Notes: generated by a model not told the origin, from the letters alone. A stretch of 50,950 nt of DNA from Candidatus Iainarchaeum sp. (GCA_028711485.1 JAQTSF010000001.1:1-50950), one strand, 5' to 3'. Numbered from the stretch's first letter, positions 35,971-46,015 are shown. A program made the numbers and translations.

Positions 35971-36237
35971 CTATTCTATTTTTATATCAAAAGAAGGTTC
36001 CACTCTCATCCATTGTCCATTAATATACTGCCACAATTCCTTTGTTAAGGAGTCATAAACCAAACTTGTTTTAGCGGCTATTTCCCTTGATCTGTCAATT
36101 TCTATGAATACAAATCTTCTTGTCCATGACATTTCATCAGCAAACGGATTTCTTTCAACAATATACACCTTTTTCTTCTCTTTTTTCTTTTGGTCACACC
36201 ATTCCTTTATTCTTTTTATTTCCTCTTCATTCGCCAT
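35971..36237 (-). CDS. Hypothetical protein (88 aa)
   Basis: ORF immediately downstream of the DRG GTPase gene. No motif recognised. Confidence 0.4.
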   Translation of the reverse strand: MANEEEIKRIKEWCDQKKKEKKKVYIVERNPFADEMSWTRRFVFIEIDRSREIAAKTSLVYDSLTKELWQYINGQWMRVEPSFDIKIE

Positions 36238-36245
36238 ATGGACAC

Positions 36246-37325
36246 CTATTTAGTTACTATCTGAACAACATCTTTGTCTTCAATTATATGGTCTATCCCC
36301 ACACGTTGCCCAGGATGTTTTACACTTTTCCCCCAAATTAGTGCATACTTGAATGTTTTTTCAAGTTCTCTATGTAACTTTCTACAAACATCCCTGACAC
36401 TTTGTCCTTTTATCAATATAAGTGCTTCTTCCATATCTGCTTTTTCTCTTTTTCTTTTTGTATAAATTCTTATGAATTTTAATTTATTGTAAATTTTTTC
36501 TTTCAGTTCTTCAACTCCTTCTCCTAATTCTGCAGATATTGAAACGTATTCAAAATTAAATTTTGATTTATCTATCCCCAAATCAGCCTTATTTGCTACT
36601 ATCAAAGAAGGAATGTATACTCTACTTGATTCCAGCGCATCTATGAATCTATCCAAATCAACTTTTTCCCTGAGAACAACAGTTCCATTATGTATTCCGT
36701 ACTCATTCAAAACTGCAATTATTTCATTTTTTGATATATTTTTAAGAAAAATATTGGAACTTAATATTTGTATTCCTCCACGAATTCCCTTTTTTATCTG
36801 AACATCTGGTTTTTCTTTATCTAATCTTATGCCAAATCCATAAAGTTCATTTAGTATTATCCCATAATGCTCAGGATGTTTGCTATCTACTATAATCATA
36901 ACTAAATCTGCATTTCTTGCTACAGATATAATCTCTTTTCCCCTTCCCTTTCCTTCCATAGCTCCTTTTATTATTCCTGGGAGGTCAAGCAGTTGTATCC
37001 GTGCATCTTTGTATCTTAACATCCCTGGTATGCAGTTTAGTGTAGTGAATTCATAAGCAGCTACTTCTGATTTTGCATTCGTGAGCTTATTTAGTAAAGT
37101 GGATTTTCCAACACTAGGAAATCCTACAAAAACCACTGTGGCATCACCATCCTTTTTTACATCAAATCCCCCACCCTTCCCTGTTCCTGAAGGAGCGTAC
37201 ATATTCTTTCTTAATTTTGCTATTTTTGCTTTTAAGAGACCTATGTGATACTCTGTGGCTTTGTTCTTTTGGGTTTTTTTTATTTCCGCCTCTATTTCCA
37301 TTATTTTTTCTTCAGTGTTGCTCAT
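36246..37325 (-). CDS. Developmentally regulated GTP-binding protein (DRG/Obg family, C-terminal TGS)
   Basis: GFPSVGKSTLLNKLT (G1), DLPGII (G3), NKAD (G4), TGS-like C-terminus. Confidence 0.85.
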   Translation of the reverse strand: MSNTEEKIMEIEAEIKKTQKNKATEYHIGLLKAKIAKLRKNMYAPSGTGKGGGFDVKKDGDATVVFVGFPSVGKSTLLNKLTNAKSEVAAYEFTTLNCIPGMLRYKDARIQLLDLPGIIKGAMEGKGRGKEIISVARNADLVMIIVDSKHPEHYGIILNELYGFGIRLDKEKPDVQIKKGIRGGIQILSSNIFLKNISKNEIIAVLNEYGIHNGTVVLREKVDLDRFIDALESSRVYIPSLIVANKADLGIDKSKFNFEYVSISAELGEGVEELKEKIYNKLKFIRIYTKRKREKADMEEALILIKGQSVRDVCRKLHRELEKTFKYALIWGKSVKHPGQRVGIDHIIEDKDVVQIVTK

Positions 37326-37858
37326 TTTCTCAACTTTATTTTCTCTAATTTTTCTTTTAAATCCTTTTCATCCGAAGCAATAATTACAAAACCATGGTTC
37401 TTTATTTTAACAATCCAGCTTTTTTCAATTAATTCTCCAACTTCTTTTGCAATTTCAATACTTCCATACTCATATTCATTTGTTTCAAATTCAAATCGTT
37501 TCAATAGTAATTTATCTTCATGAAAATGCAACACTATCCGTGCATCTTTTCGTCTATTGTATATCTCGTTGTGCATTAAACTTTCAGAGGAAGGTGTTCC
37601 ACCTGATGCATAAACTTTTTCATCCTCAATTTTTTTAACAAATACAACATCCTCTTTTTTTAAATCAGTCATTCTACTTCCACTTTTTTTTATTAAAAAA
37701 CCATTTTCCATTCTTAAACTAAAATTTCCTTCATTTTTATTAACCTTAACATACCCTTTAATTATTTTGTCAATAAAGAGCATTCTCTCTAGATCTGTAT
37801 TTGCAACACTATTTTTTATTTCAATTACTTTGAATTTTACTCCGGTATATTTTTCCAT
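37322..37858 (-). CDS. Class II aldolase/adducin-domain protein (MtnB/FucA-like)
   Basis: GNFSLR..GFLIKKSGSRMTDLKKEDVVFV...PSSESLMHNEIYNRRKDARIVLHFH. Confidence 0.7.
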   Translation of the reverse strand: MEKYTGVKFKVIEIKNSVANTDLERMLFIDKIIKGYVKVNKNEGNFSLRMENGFLIKKSGSRMTDLKKEDVVFVKKIEDEKVYASGGTPSSESLMHNEIYNRRKDARIVLHFHEDKLLLKRFEFETNEYEYGSIEIAKEVGELIEKSWIVKIKNHGFVIIASDEKDLKEKLEKIKLRK

Positions 37859-38820
37859 ATCTTCCCAATCTCTTTAGGTTTTTTATGTATTCCATACTCA
37901 GTAATATATGCAGTTACATATTTTGAAGGAGTAATATCAAATGCAGGATTAAGTGCTTTTGTATTTTTTCCATATACTTTTTTTCCAAGAATCTCAAGAA
38001 CTTCTTTCTCACTTCTTTCCTCTATTTTTATTTTTTTCCCATTTTTTGTTTTACTATCAAATGTTGAAATCGGAAAACACACATAGAATGGTATTTTATT
38101 CTCCTTTGCAATAACTGCTAAGGAATAAGTTCCTATCTTATTTGCAAAATCCCCATTTTTTAATACTCTATCCGCTCCCACAAAAACACAATCTACTTTT
38201 CCATTTTCCATGAAGAAACCAGCTGAAGAATCCACAATTACTCTATGTTTAATTCTATTTTTTCCCAATTCCCAACTTGTAAGTGCTCCCTGTATTCTTG
38301 GTCTTGTTTCATTTACATATACAAATATCTTTTTTCCATTCTCTTTTGCATAAACAACTGCCCCCAAAGCAGTTCCTTCACCAGCAGTTGCAATCATTCC
38401 AGCATTACAATGAAGGAGGATATTGCTATTACTTTTTATTAAAGAAGCTCCATTTTCACTTATTTTTTTTGTTTTTTCAATAATTTTTTTATGCCATCTT
38501 TTTGCAGAATCAATTGATTTTTTTCCTTTTTTATTCTCTCTAATCATAAATTCAATTGCATTATTCAAATCTACAGCAGTAGGCCTTGCTTTTCTTAAAA
38601 ATTCACAATCCTTTACAAAATTTTTTGATATTGAAAGTCCATAAGCAGCAGCAACACCTATTGCAGGAGCTCCACGAACAACCATATTCTTAATTGCGTT
38701 AAAAACTTGTTTTATGCTCTTACACTCAATATATTTTTCTGAATAAGGCAATTTTCTTTGATCGAGCAGAAAGATTTTTCCATTTCTAAAGTCCACAGAC
38801 CGCATGTATAAAATATTCAT
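37837..38820 (-). CDS. eIF-2B alpha/beta/delta-like isomerase (ribose-1,5-bisphosphate isomerase or MtnA family)
   Basis: LLDQRKLP, MVVRGAPAIGVAAAYG, GADRVLKNGDFANKIGTY, NPAFDITP. Confidence 0.8.
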   Translation of the reverse strand: MNILYMRSVDFRNGKIFLLDQRKLPYSEKYIECKSIKQVFNAIKNMVVRGAPAIGVAAAYGLSISKNFVKDCEFLRKARPTAVDLNNAIEFMIRENKKGKKSIDSAKRWHKKIIEKTKKISENGASLIKSNSNILLHCNAGMIATAGEGTALGAVVYAKENGKKIFVYVNETRPRIQGALTSWELGKNRIKHRVIVDSSAGFFMENGKVDCVFVGADRVLKNGDFANKIGTYSLAVIAKENKIPFYVCFPISTFDSKTKNGKKIKIEERSEKEVLEILGKKVYGKNTKALNPAFDITPSKYVTAYITEYGIHKKPKEIGKIWKNIPE

Positions 38821-38853
38821 TCATCTCTTTAAATTCTTTTCAATTTTGTGGAT

Positions 38854-40266
38854 TTAGAATATAACTCCCGCTCTTCCTTTTTTGAGTGCTTCTAAAGTCA
38901 TTTTTTTGTAATTTTTCCTTTCATACTCTATTTCTTTGTATATCTCTTTTGGATCAGAATATCCCCATATTTTCAAAGCTTGTGAGAGTTCTGGATGTGT
39001 TTTTGCATACTCTGGAGCAGCTACCCCTTTCATTACTGCTTCCACTGCTTGTTTCATTGAAATTGCTCCTTTTACAGTTCCTCCAGAATGCCCATGAACT
39101 CCTGCCCCCGCTTGTATATTTGTATTCTTTCCGTGAAGTGCTATAATAGCATCCACTTTTCCTGCATCCACTCCACCAGAAGCAATGCTTAAAATAGGTT
39201 TTATATTTTTTTCAAATTCCATTTCAAGAGAGCCAAAATACAATTTTTCTTTTAAACTAAAATTCTCAGCAAGTTCATGCAGTCTTTTTATTGCAAGAGG
39301 AGAACCTTCCATTTTTCCAACTCCTGTTCCAACATGCAATTGATCTATTCCAAGAAGTCTGTAAAATTTCTCATAAACCTGGAAATTTACTCCAAAACTC
39401 CCTCTGTTTGCAGCTGCAAATCCTGCCCTATGCCCATGGATTGCAAATTTATATTTTCTTGTAATTTCCAGAATTTCCTCAACCGTACTTAATCCTAAAA
39501 TATAAATGTCCAACATTACAATTACTTTTTTATTCAATCCCATTTCATTTAGGTAATCCACTCTTTCAATCATTCTTGATTGTTTATCTGTAATTGATGA
39601 AGAATAAATATGATGCTGTCCAGTTTCTCCTTCTGCTTTTTCAATTGCGTTTACAACTTCATTCAATCGTTCTTTCCATTTGCAGAATTTCTGATCAACT
39701 AAATTTTCATCATCTTTTACTAAATCCAATCCACCCAAATAAGATTTATATGCTACATTTGCCCATTCCTTTGGTGTAAGCCCTACTTTTGGTTTTACAA
39801 TTGTTCCCATATGCGGTCTTTTTGTTTTTTCAGTACCGACCAGTTTTCTTATTCCCCCCAAACCTAGTGCTGCTCCTTTGAATCTTTTTTGATAATTTTT
39901 AGGAATTGAAATATCAAAAACATATAGTTCTTCTAATTCTTTTAACCCGAATACATTTCCTAATACTGATGCCTGAAATTGAGACAAGTTTTTCACATCA
40001 AAATGCTCTATAGGATATGCAATTTTTATGAATCCGCTTTTTGCACTAACCTTTCCAATCCAAAAAACTCTTGCTCTATATTTTTCCCATACTACATTAT
40101 TCATTGTTCTTAATCTTGTCCAGGAGCCTACACTGCTTTCTGCAGCCAAAGCCTCAGCAGTTTTTTCTATGTTCATTTGACTTTTTGTCCAAAATAGAAC
40201 TACAAAATCATTTTTTGGATCTGGTTTATATTTCAAATCAGTATAACTATATCCTCCATATGCCAT
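38854..40266 (-). CDS. rbcL: RuBisCO large subunit, form III-like
   Basis: ORF track 40293 starts at TTG; ATG 40266 is preceded by AGGTG. GTIVKPKVGL, GGLDLVKDDENL, IHGHRAG, LHVGTGVGKMEGS, ASGGVDAGK, GAGVHGHSGG. Confidence 0.85.
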   Translation of the reverse strand: MAYGGYSYTDLKYKPDPKNDFVVLFWTKSQMNIEKTAEALAAESSVGSWTRLRTMNNVVWEKYRARVFWIGKVSAKSGFIKIAYPIEHFDVKNLSQFQASVLGNVFGLKELEELYVFDISIPKNYQKRFKGAALGLGGIRKLVGTEKTKRPHMGTIVKPKVGLTPKEWANVAYKSYLGGLDLVKDDENLVDQKFCKWKERLNEVVNAIEKAEGETGQHHIYSSSITDKQSRMIERVDYLNEMGLNKKVIVMLDIYILGLSTVEEILEITRKYKFAIHGHRAGFAAANRGSFGVNFQVYEKFYRLLGIDQLHVGTGVGKMEGSPLAIKRLHELAENFSLKEKLYFGSLEMEFEKNIKPILSIASGGVDAGKVDAIIALHGKNTNIQAGAGVHGHSGGTVKGAISMKQAVEAVMKGVAAPEYAKTHPELSQALKIWGYSDPKEIYKEIEYERKNYKKMTLEALKKGRAGVIF

Positions 40267-40336
40267 AAATACACCTGAATCTGTTCTCAGCAAGGATATT
40301 TATAAAGTTTTTTGAAATTAATCTATAAGTGATAAA

Positions 40337-41089
40337 ATGTTTTCATTAAAAGGAAAAACGGCAATAATTACCGGATCTGATCGAGGAATAGGGAAAGGTA
40401 TAGCTATCGTACTCGCAAAAGCAGGTGCAAATATTGTTATAACCTCAAGACATAAGGAAAAATGTGAAAAAACAGCTTCTGAAATTGAAAAATTAGGGGT
40501 AAAAACGCTTGCAATAGAATGTGATGTAGCAAAAGAAGAAGATGTAAAACAGTTAGTAGAAAATACTGTTAAAAAATTTGGAAAGCTGGATATAATGGTA
40601 AACAATGCCGGAGTATTGCTTCAGAAACCAACCGAGGAAGTTGAACAAAATGAGTGGAATAGAATTATAGATATCAATTTGAAAGGAATTTTCCTTGGAA
40701 CAAAATATGCATTAAAACAGATGAAAAAACAAAAAAATGGAAATATTGTAAATATCGCCTCTATTGCAGCATTAAAAGGCTATCCGCAACTTTCAGTTTA
40801 CTGTGCATCAAAAGGAGGAATTGTTTCCTTTACCAAATCAGTTGCAATTGAATTTGCATCTCAAGGTATACGAATTAATGCGATTCTGCCCGGAGCAATA
40901 GAAAGCGATATGACAAAAACCGGACCAAATCCAGAGAAAACATTGGAAATGTATAAGAAACAGATTCCAATCGGCAGTATTGGAAAACCCGAGGACATTG
41001 GTTATGGAGTACTATATTTGGTTAGTGAGGAATCAAAGTATGTTACTGGTCATTCCTTGGCCATAGACGGCGGATGGTCTGTTGAATAA
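40337..41089 (+). CDS. Short-chain dehydrogenase/reductase (FabG-like)
   Basis: TGSDRGIGKG, NNAG, YCASKGG (YxxxK). Confidence 0.85.
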   Translation: MFSLKGKTAIITGSDRGIGKGIAIVLAKAGANIVITSRHKEKCEKTASEIEKLGVKTLAIECDVAKEEDVKQLVENTVKKFGKLDIMVNNAGVLLQKPTEEVEQNEWNRIIDINLKGIFLGTKYALKQMKKQKNGNIVNIASIAALKGYPQLSVYCASKGGIVSFTKSVAIEFASQGIRINAILPGAIESDMTKTGPNPEKTLEMYKKQIPIGSIGKPEDIGYGVLYLVSEESKYVTGHSLAIDGGWSVE

Positions 41090-41131
41090 ATTATAGAATA
41101 CAGGAAACTACTTTTTTTAGGAATTATTCAA

Positions 41132-41246
41132 TGCAGGGGATGGGGATCGAACCCACGAACCCACTAAGGGACTGAACTCTGAATCCAGCACGTTTAATCT
41201 TAATTTTAAATACATAAAATTAATTTGACCACTTCGTTACCCCTGC
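41132..41246 (-). tRNA. tRNA-Leu (anticodon CAG) with a ~31-nt non-canonical intron at the D-loop/D-stem junction
   Basis: Folded by hand. Acceptor GCAGGGG/CCCCTGC, D-stem ACG/CGT, anticodon arm CTGGA-TTCAGAG-TTCAG, long variable arm, T arm GTGGG-TTCGATC-CCCAT. The extra sequence at 41193-41223 contains a 9-bp AT hairpin. Confidence 0.75.
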
Positions 41247-41307
41247 AGTTTATACTACAAATAAAATCCACAATACTCTTTTAACTTATTCCTATCAATT
41301 CAGTTTA

Positions 41308-41841
41308 ATGAATAAAGAAGAAATACGTTCAAAAATGAAAGAACTATTATATTCACAGTCAAGAGAAGATGTAAAATATAAAAGTGAAATGATAATGAAT
41401 AAACTACTCTCAATAAAAGAATTTATGGAAGCTAGTTCTGTCTCAGTTTACCTTTCCAAACCCCATGAAGTTGATACAAATTATACTGTAGAACATTTGT
41501 TAGGAAAGAAAAGATTATCTGTTCCAGTAACTAATAGCAAAATAGATTTAGTTGAATTCACTTCATTCAATGATCTTGTTGCTGGAAAATTCGGAATTCT
41601 TGAACCAAAAACAAAGAGTTTTATTGATTATACTCCGGATTTAATTCTTATTCCCGGAGTTGCATTTGATATAAAAAAGAATAGATTAGGATATGGAAAA
41701 GGATTCTATGACATTTTCCTTAAAAATAAATCAATAACAAAAATTGCGCTCGCATTTGATTTTCAAATCGTTGAAAAACTTCCAAATGAAAAACATGACA
41801 TACCAATGGATTTAATAATTACTGAAAAAAGAATTATCTAG
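41308..41841 (+). CDS. 5-formyltetrahydrofolate cyclo-ligase
   Basis: LILIPGVAFDIKKNRLGYGKGFYDIFL. Confidence 0.8.
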   Translation: MNKEEIRSKMKELLYSQSREDVKYKSEMIMNKLLSIKEFMEASSVSVYLSKPHEVDTNYTVEHLLGKKRLSVPVTNSKIDLVEFTSFNDLVAGKFGILEPKTKSFIDYTPDLILIPGVAFDIKKNRLGYGKGFYDIFLKNKSITKIALAFDFQIVEKLPNEKHDIPMDLIITEKRII

Positions 41842-41849
41842 GTTAAATA

Positions 41850-42866
41850 ATGATTGAACTTGGAATATTACTTTTATTAATACTTCTTGCCCTTTCGGCT
41901 TTTTTCTCAGGATCAGAAGTAGCTCTAATATCAATGGATCGGCTTACTTTAAGAAAATTATCCAATCAAAAAGTAAAAGGAATAGCAATATTGCGAAGGG
42001 TAAGAAGAAAACCGCAAAAAATGCTTACAACCCTCTTAATAGGAAATAATATTGTAAATATCCTACTTTCTTCATTAAATACAATAATCTGTATAGAACT
42101 TTTCGGATCAATAGGTTTCGGGATTGCAGTAGGAATTACAACTTTCTTTATCTTAGTTTTTGGTGAAATATTCCCTAAAAGCTATTCTGAGGCAAACAGG
42201 GAAAAAATTGCATTGTTTTCAGCACCGATAATCCTAATTCTTTCTAAAATATTTCATCCGATAATTTTGTTATTTGATTCAATTTCAGCATTTCTATTCA
42301 AATATATCTTTAAATTCAAACCTAAAAACAGGCAGATCACAGATAAGGACATTGTTGCTTTAGTTGAATTAGGCGTAGAAGAACAGACAATCCATCCAAA
42401 AGAAAAAGAAACCATAGAAAAACTATTAAAATTCGACGAAGTTTCCATAAAAGATATCCTTATCCCAAAAAAAGATATGATTTGCGTATCTTCGGAGAAT
42501 ACAGTTGAAAAAATTCTTCCATTAATAGATAAGTCAGGATATTCAAGATATCCTGTTTATGATAAAAGAAAATCAAACATAATTGGGATAGTGCATATAA
42601 AAGAAATTCTAAGGGCAATAGAAGAAAATAGATCCAAGGATAAAATAAAATATTTAACTATAAATGCAATTCATATCCCTAGTGATGAAAAAATAAACAA
42701 AACACTTATCAAATTACAAAAAACACGTGTGCATATGGCTTTTGTAGTTAATAAAAAAAACTTCGTAATTGGATTAATTACCTTTGAAGATCTTTTAGAA
42801 GAAATATTTGGAGAAATCGAAGACGAAGAAGATGTTGTCAAAGCACTTAATTTGGTAAAAGTGTAA
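41850..42866 (+). CDS. DUF21 + CBS-pair (CNNM/CorC-type) membrane protein
   Basis: N-terminal DUF21 TM region (SGSEVALIS) followed by two CBS motifs. No CorC_HlyC C-terminal domain. Confidence 0.8.
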   Translation: MIELGILLLLILLALSAFFSGSEVALISMDRLTLRKLSNQKVKGIAILRRVRRKPQKMLTTLLIGNNIVNILLSSLNTIICIELFGSIGFGIAVGITTFFILVFGEIFPKSYSEANREKIALFSAPIILILSKIFHPIILLFDSISAFLFKYIFKFKPKNRQITDKDIVALVELGVEEQTIHPKEKETIEKLLKFDEVSIKDILIPKKDMICVSSENTVEKILPLIDKSGYSRYPVYDKRKSNIIGIVHIKEILRAIEENRSKDKIKYLTINAIHIPSDEKINKTLIKLQKTRVHMAFVVNKKNFVIGLITFEDLLEEIFGEIEDEEDVVKALNLVKV

Positions 42867-42897
42867 TCTTTTAAATTATTAATTCAAATCTATATTT

Positions 42898-43518
42898 ATG
42901 CCAAAACTTTCAATAGCTATTCTTGCAAGCGGAAGAGGTTCTAATTTTCAGTCTATAATAGATGGAATAGAAGAAGGCGAGATAGATGGAAAAATAAAAG
43001 TACTCATTACCAATAATCCAAATGCAAGGGCCATACAAAGAGCAAAAGAACACGATATCCCATATGAGGTCCTTTCAAGTGAATTATACCACAGCAGGGA
43101 AGCAATGGATGCAAGAATAAAGGAAATACTGGATTCCAATAAAATAAATCTCGTGGTTTTGGCAGGTTATATGAGAATAATAAAATCAAAATCCCTTCTT
43201 GAACAATACAAACACAAAATAATCAACATTCATCCCTCTCTTCTTCCTGCATTTAAGGGAAGTACCGATGCCCAAAAAGATGCTTATGATTATGGATGCA
43301 AGATATCTGGTCTGACCATCCATTTTGTTTCTGATGATATTGATGGTGGAGAAATAATTCTCCAAAAAGCAGTAGACATAAGCTCCTGCTCCTCAGGAGA
43401 TGAAGTTGCTGATAAAATACTTGAATATGAAAACAAATCTTATCGCGAAGTGGTTGCGATGTTCTCTAAAGGAACTTTTGAAATTAAAGGAAGACATGTA
43501 AAATATGTTCCGGATTGA
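42898..43518 (+). CDS. purN: Phosphoribosylglycinamide formyltransferase
   Basis: AILASGRGSNFQSII, NIHPSLLPAFKG, ISGLTIHFV. Confidence 0.9.
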   Translation: MPKLSIAILASGRGSNFQSIIDGIEEGEIDGKIKVLITNNPNARAIQRAKEHDIPYEVLSSELYHSREAMDARIKEILDSNKINLVVLAGYMRIIKSKSLLEQYKHKIINIHPSLLPAFKGSTDAQKDAYDYGCKISGLTIHFVSDDIDGGEIILQKAVDISSCSSGDEVADKILEYENKSYREVVAMFSKGTFEIKGRHVKYVPD

Positions 43519-44227
43519 TTCTATGACTGATATTTCCATCATTATACCCACTTTAAATGAAGAGGATAAACTAAAAAAATGCCTTCTTTCTGTTAGAAAT
43601 CAAAAAACAGATATTGATTTTGAGGTTATTATTTCTGATGGAAATAGTAATGACCGCACAAGAGAAATAGCTGAAAAATACGCAGATAAAATATTAACTG
43701 TAACAAAAAAAGGCATATGGAGAGCAAGAAATCAAGGGGCTAAAAGTGCAAAATCAGAATATCTATGTTTTATTGATGCTGATACGCTATTGCCCAGAAA
43801 TTATATTTCTTCAGTATATCCTATAATTTCAAATGATAATTCTATAGCCGCATTATCCTGTGCATTTACTTTTGATAAAACTTCAAGGACACTAAAAGCC
43901 GTGGAATCAATATGCAATAACTATTTAGCAATAAAAGGAATATCCGGAAAAGGGGAAATATTGGGATTTAATAATGTTATACGGAAAAGTTTTTTTTCTA
44001 AATTAGGCGGATTCCCGAACAGACCTCTTGAAGATGGTGCACTTTCAATAAGAATGAGGAGGCTGGGCAGGGTGATATTTCTCAACGAACCAAGAGTGAC
44101 AACCTCAGCAAGAAGGTTTGAAAATGGTGGAGTTATAAAAACCACTTTTTATTATGCAGGCCTCAGTCTTGCGACAAACATACCCCACGAGACAATAAAG
44201 AAAATTTTTTCTTATAAAAAAGTATAA
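43505..44227 (+). CDS. Family 2 glycosyltransferase
   Basis: ISIIIPTLNEE, SDGNSNDRT, FIDADT (DxD). Confidence 0.8.
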   Translation: MFRIDSMTDISIIIPTLNEEDKLKKCLLSVRNQKTDIDFEVIISDGNSNDRTREIAEKYADKILTVTKKGIWRARNQGAKSAKSEYLCFIDADTLLPRNYISSVYPIISNDNSIAALSCAFTFDKTSRTLKAVESICNNYLAIKGISGKGEILGFNNVIRKSFFSKLGGFPNRPLEDGALSIRMRRLGRVIFLNEPRVTTSARRFENGGVIKTTFYYAGLSLATNIPHETIKKIFSYKKV

Positions 44228-44228
44228 T

Positions 44229-44969
44229 TCAGCATTCTTCTATTTCTATTCCAAATTCCTGATTAATTAGATTTATTTTATCTTTCTGCCATTTATTGCA
44301 TTCCCTATCAATCAAAATTTTATTTACTTTCCCATTTCTATTTTTATTAATTGCCTGAATAAACATTTCTCTATCAAATTCTTTTATCATATATTTTGGG
44401 AGTATATGCCCAACAGCATACTTTCCATTTACTGCAATTTCTGTAAATTTTTGAGAGTAATGTCCCCCACCAATACAAAATATTTCCTCATATCTACTCT
44501 TATCTTTTAATATATCTAAAACTGCTCTTGCGACAACTTCACCAGCTTTTTCATTTCCCCATTCATTCTCACTACTTCCAATTTCGACAAAAATAATCGG
44601 TACTTTACAATTAGGACCATGATGATCTGATTCAATAAATACTGGCCAGTTGAGATTTAATTTTTTATTCCAAAAATCCATTCTTTTTATTACTTTTTTA
44701 AGCGTATTCCCATCTGCAATATTCAATGTTCTATCAGTTCCACCATATTCTGCTTTTCCCCAATTACCTGGAATATGAGCAGTTAACATTGGTTTAGGAT
44801 TTTTTGACTTGTGCGTGCTCAATACAATTATTTCATCAGTTTCAAAATCTGTTGGGACCTCAAGAACATCCTTGAAGAATTCATTTAATTTTATACTCGT
44901 GTCTATTTTTTTTATATTCTTAGCTATATTATAACTAGCTTCATTTACCTTTGTAAACATTATATCCAT
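44229..44969 (-). CDS. dtdA: D-aminoacyl-tRNA deacylase, archaeal type
   Basis: LSTHKSKNPKPMLTAHIPGNWGKAEYGG and overall DTD2-like length and layout. Confidence 0.7.
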   Translation of the reverse strand: MDIMFTKVNEASYNIAKNIKKIDTSIKLNEFFKDVLEVPTDFETDEIIVLSTHKSKNPKPMLTAHIPGNWGKAEYGGTDRTLNIADGNTLKKVIKRMDFWNKKLNLNWPVFIESDHHGPNCKVPIIFVEIGSSENEWGNEKAGEVVARAVLDILKDKSRYEEIFCIGGGHYSQKFTEIAVNGKYAVGHILPKYMIKEFDREMFIQAINKNRNGKVNKILIDRECNKWQKDKINLINQEFGIEIEEC

Positions 44970-44978
44970 CTTATTCCC

Positions 44979-45551
44979 TCAAACAAAAAGTTTCAATATA
45001 ATTATACCTATTAAAGGTATTGAAGCATTATCATTAATCGGAAGTTCTATACTTTCTATAATTGTACACGCAGCTGCTATCAATACCCCCATAGGACCTA
45101 TCAAAAAGTACACTGGAATAGATGATAAAAACATTGCAACACTACCATTTATCGTCTTTTTTTTGTTATACGGAAGTTTTTTTCTAGATTTTATACCTAC
45201 CAATGTAGACATTCCATCCCCAATACCTAGAATCCAAATAACTGATTTTATCTGATTTATATCTGAAAGAAAAGTGATTGTCAGCAAACACCCAACAACC
45301 AACCAAGCAGAGCCATAACCCACAAATCTAGGATTATCCCTTTCAAATAAATTAATTAATCCGTCTATCAAAGGAATTCTATTTTTTATAATTTTAATAT
45401 TTATTATTAGCGATCCTACTAATAGAACTAAAATAAGCATGAGTACTGTACCTGTCCTTCCGAAAAATTCCATAAAAAGTAAAACAAGGAGGGTAGCTGC
45501 CATATGTATATATTGCCTGTAATTCTCATTTTTCATTTTATCCTCCTCCAA
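44979..45551 (-). CDS. CTP-dependent polyprenol (dolichol) kinase / cytidylyltransferase family membrane protein
   Basis: GIGDGMSTLVG...KKTINGSVAMFL motif in a multi-TM protein. Confidence 0.6.
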   Translation of the reverse strand: MEEDKMKNENYRQYIHMAATLLVLLFMEFFGRTGTVLMLILVLLVGSLIINIKIIKNRIPLIDGLINLFERDNPRFVGYGSAWLVVGCLLTITFLSDINQIKSVIWILGIGDGMSTLVGIKSRKKLPYNKKKTINGSVAMFLSSIPVYFLIGPMGVLIAAACTIIESIELPINDNASIPLIGIIILKLFV

Positions 45552-46015
45552 TAATAATCCACTATTTCATATACTATCGGACTAAGTGTCATTGAAGCAG
45601 TTACATCTAGAAAAGTATGAACACCTAAATATATCCTTGTTATTGCAATAAATACTGCAAAAATCAAAAACAAAACAAATTTTTTGTTATCAAGGAAACC
45701 AAGTGCTAGAGTAAATGCGACAATTGTATGATTGCTTGGAAATGAATAACCCTGCGAGCAGTCAGTCCTCAAATTAAGTTCTTCGCAGGGACGCGGAGTT
45801 CCAATGGCAATTTTTATCAAACTGCTAAATACTAAAGCAAGAAATATGGCTGCCATAAGTTTTGTTCTTTTTTTATCATTTCTCTCAAAAATCAATAGTA
45901 AAACAAAAACCAATAATAAGAAATATAACGAATTATCCAAAAATACCGATAACTGTGTGAGCAGTGGATTATTCATATTATTTATCGCTATCGTTACTGC
46001 ATCCATACTACACAT
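45533..46015 (-). CDS. PAP2-family phosphatase
   Basis: GTPRP, PSNHT, RIYLGVHTFLDV (acid phosphatase signature). Confidence 0.75.
   Translation of the reverse strand: MCSMDAVTIAINNMNNPLLTQLSVFLDNSLYFLLLVFVLLLIFERNDKKRTKLMAAIFLALVFSSLIKIAIGTPRPCEELNLRTDCSQGYSFPSNHTIVAFTLALGFLDNKKFVLFLIFAVFIAITRIYLGVHTFLDVTASMTLSPIVYEIVDYYWRRIK

Noticed and set aside
38854-40266. RuBisCO-like protein (form IV) instead of a bona fide RuBisCO.
   Set aside because: The catalytic and activation residues are present (KPK, KDDE, HxHR, GK, SGG). Form III-like is the better reading, pending phylogeny.
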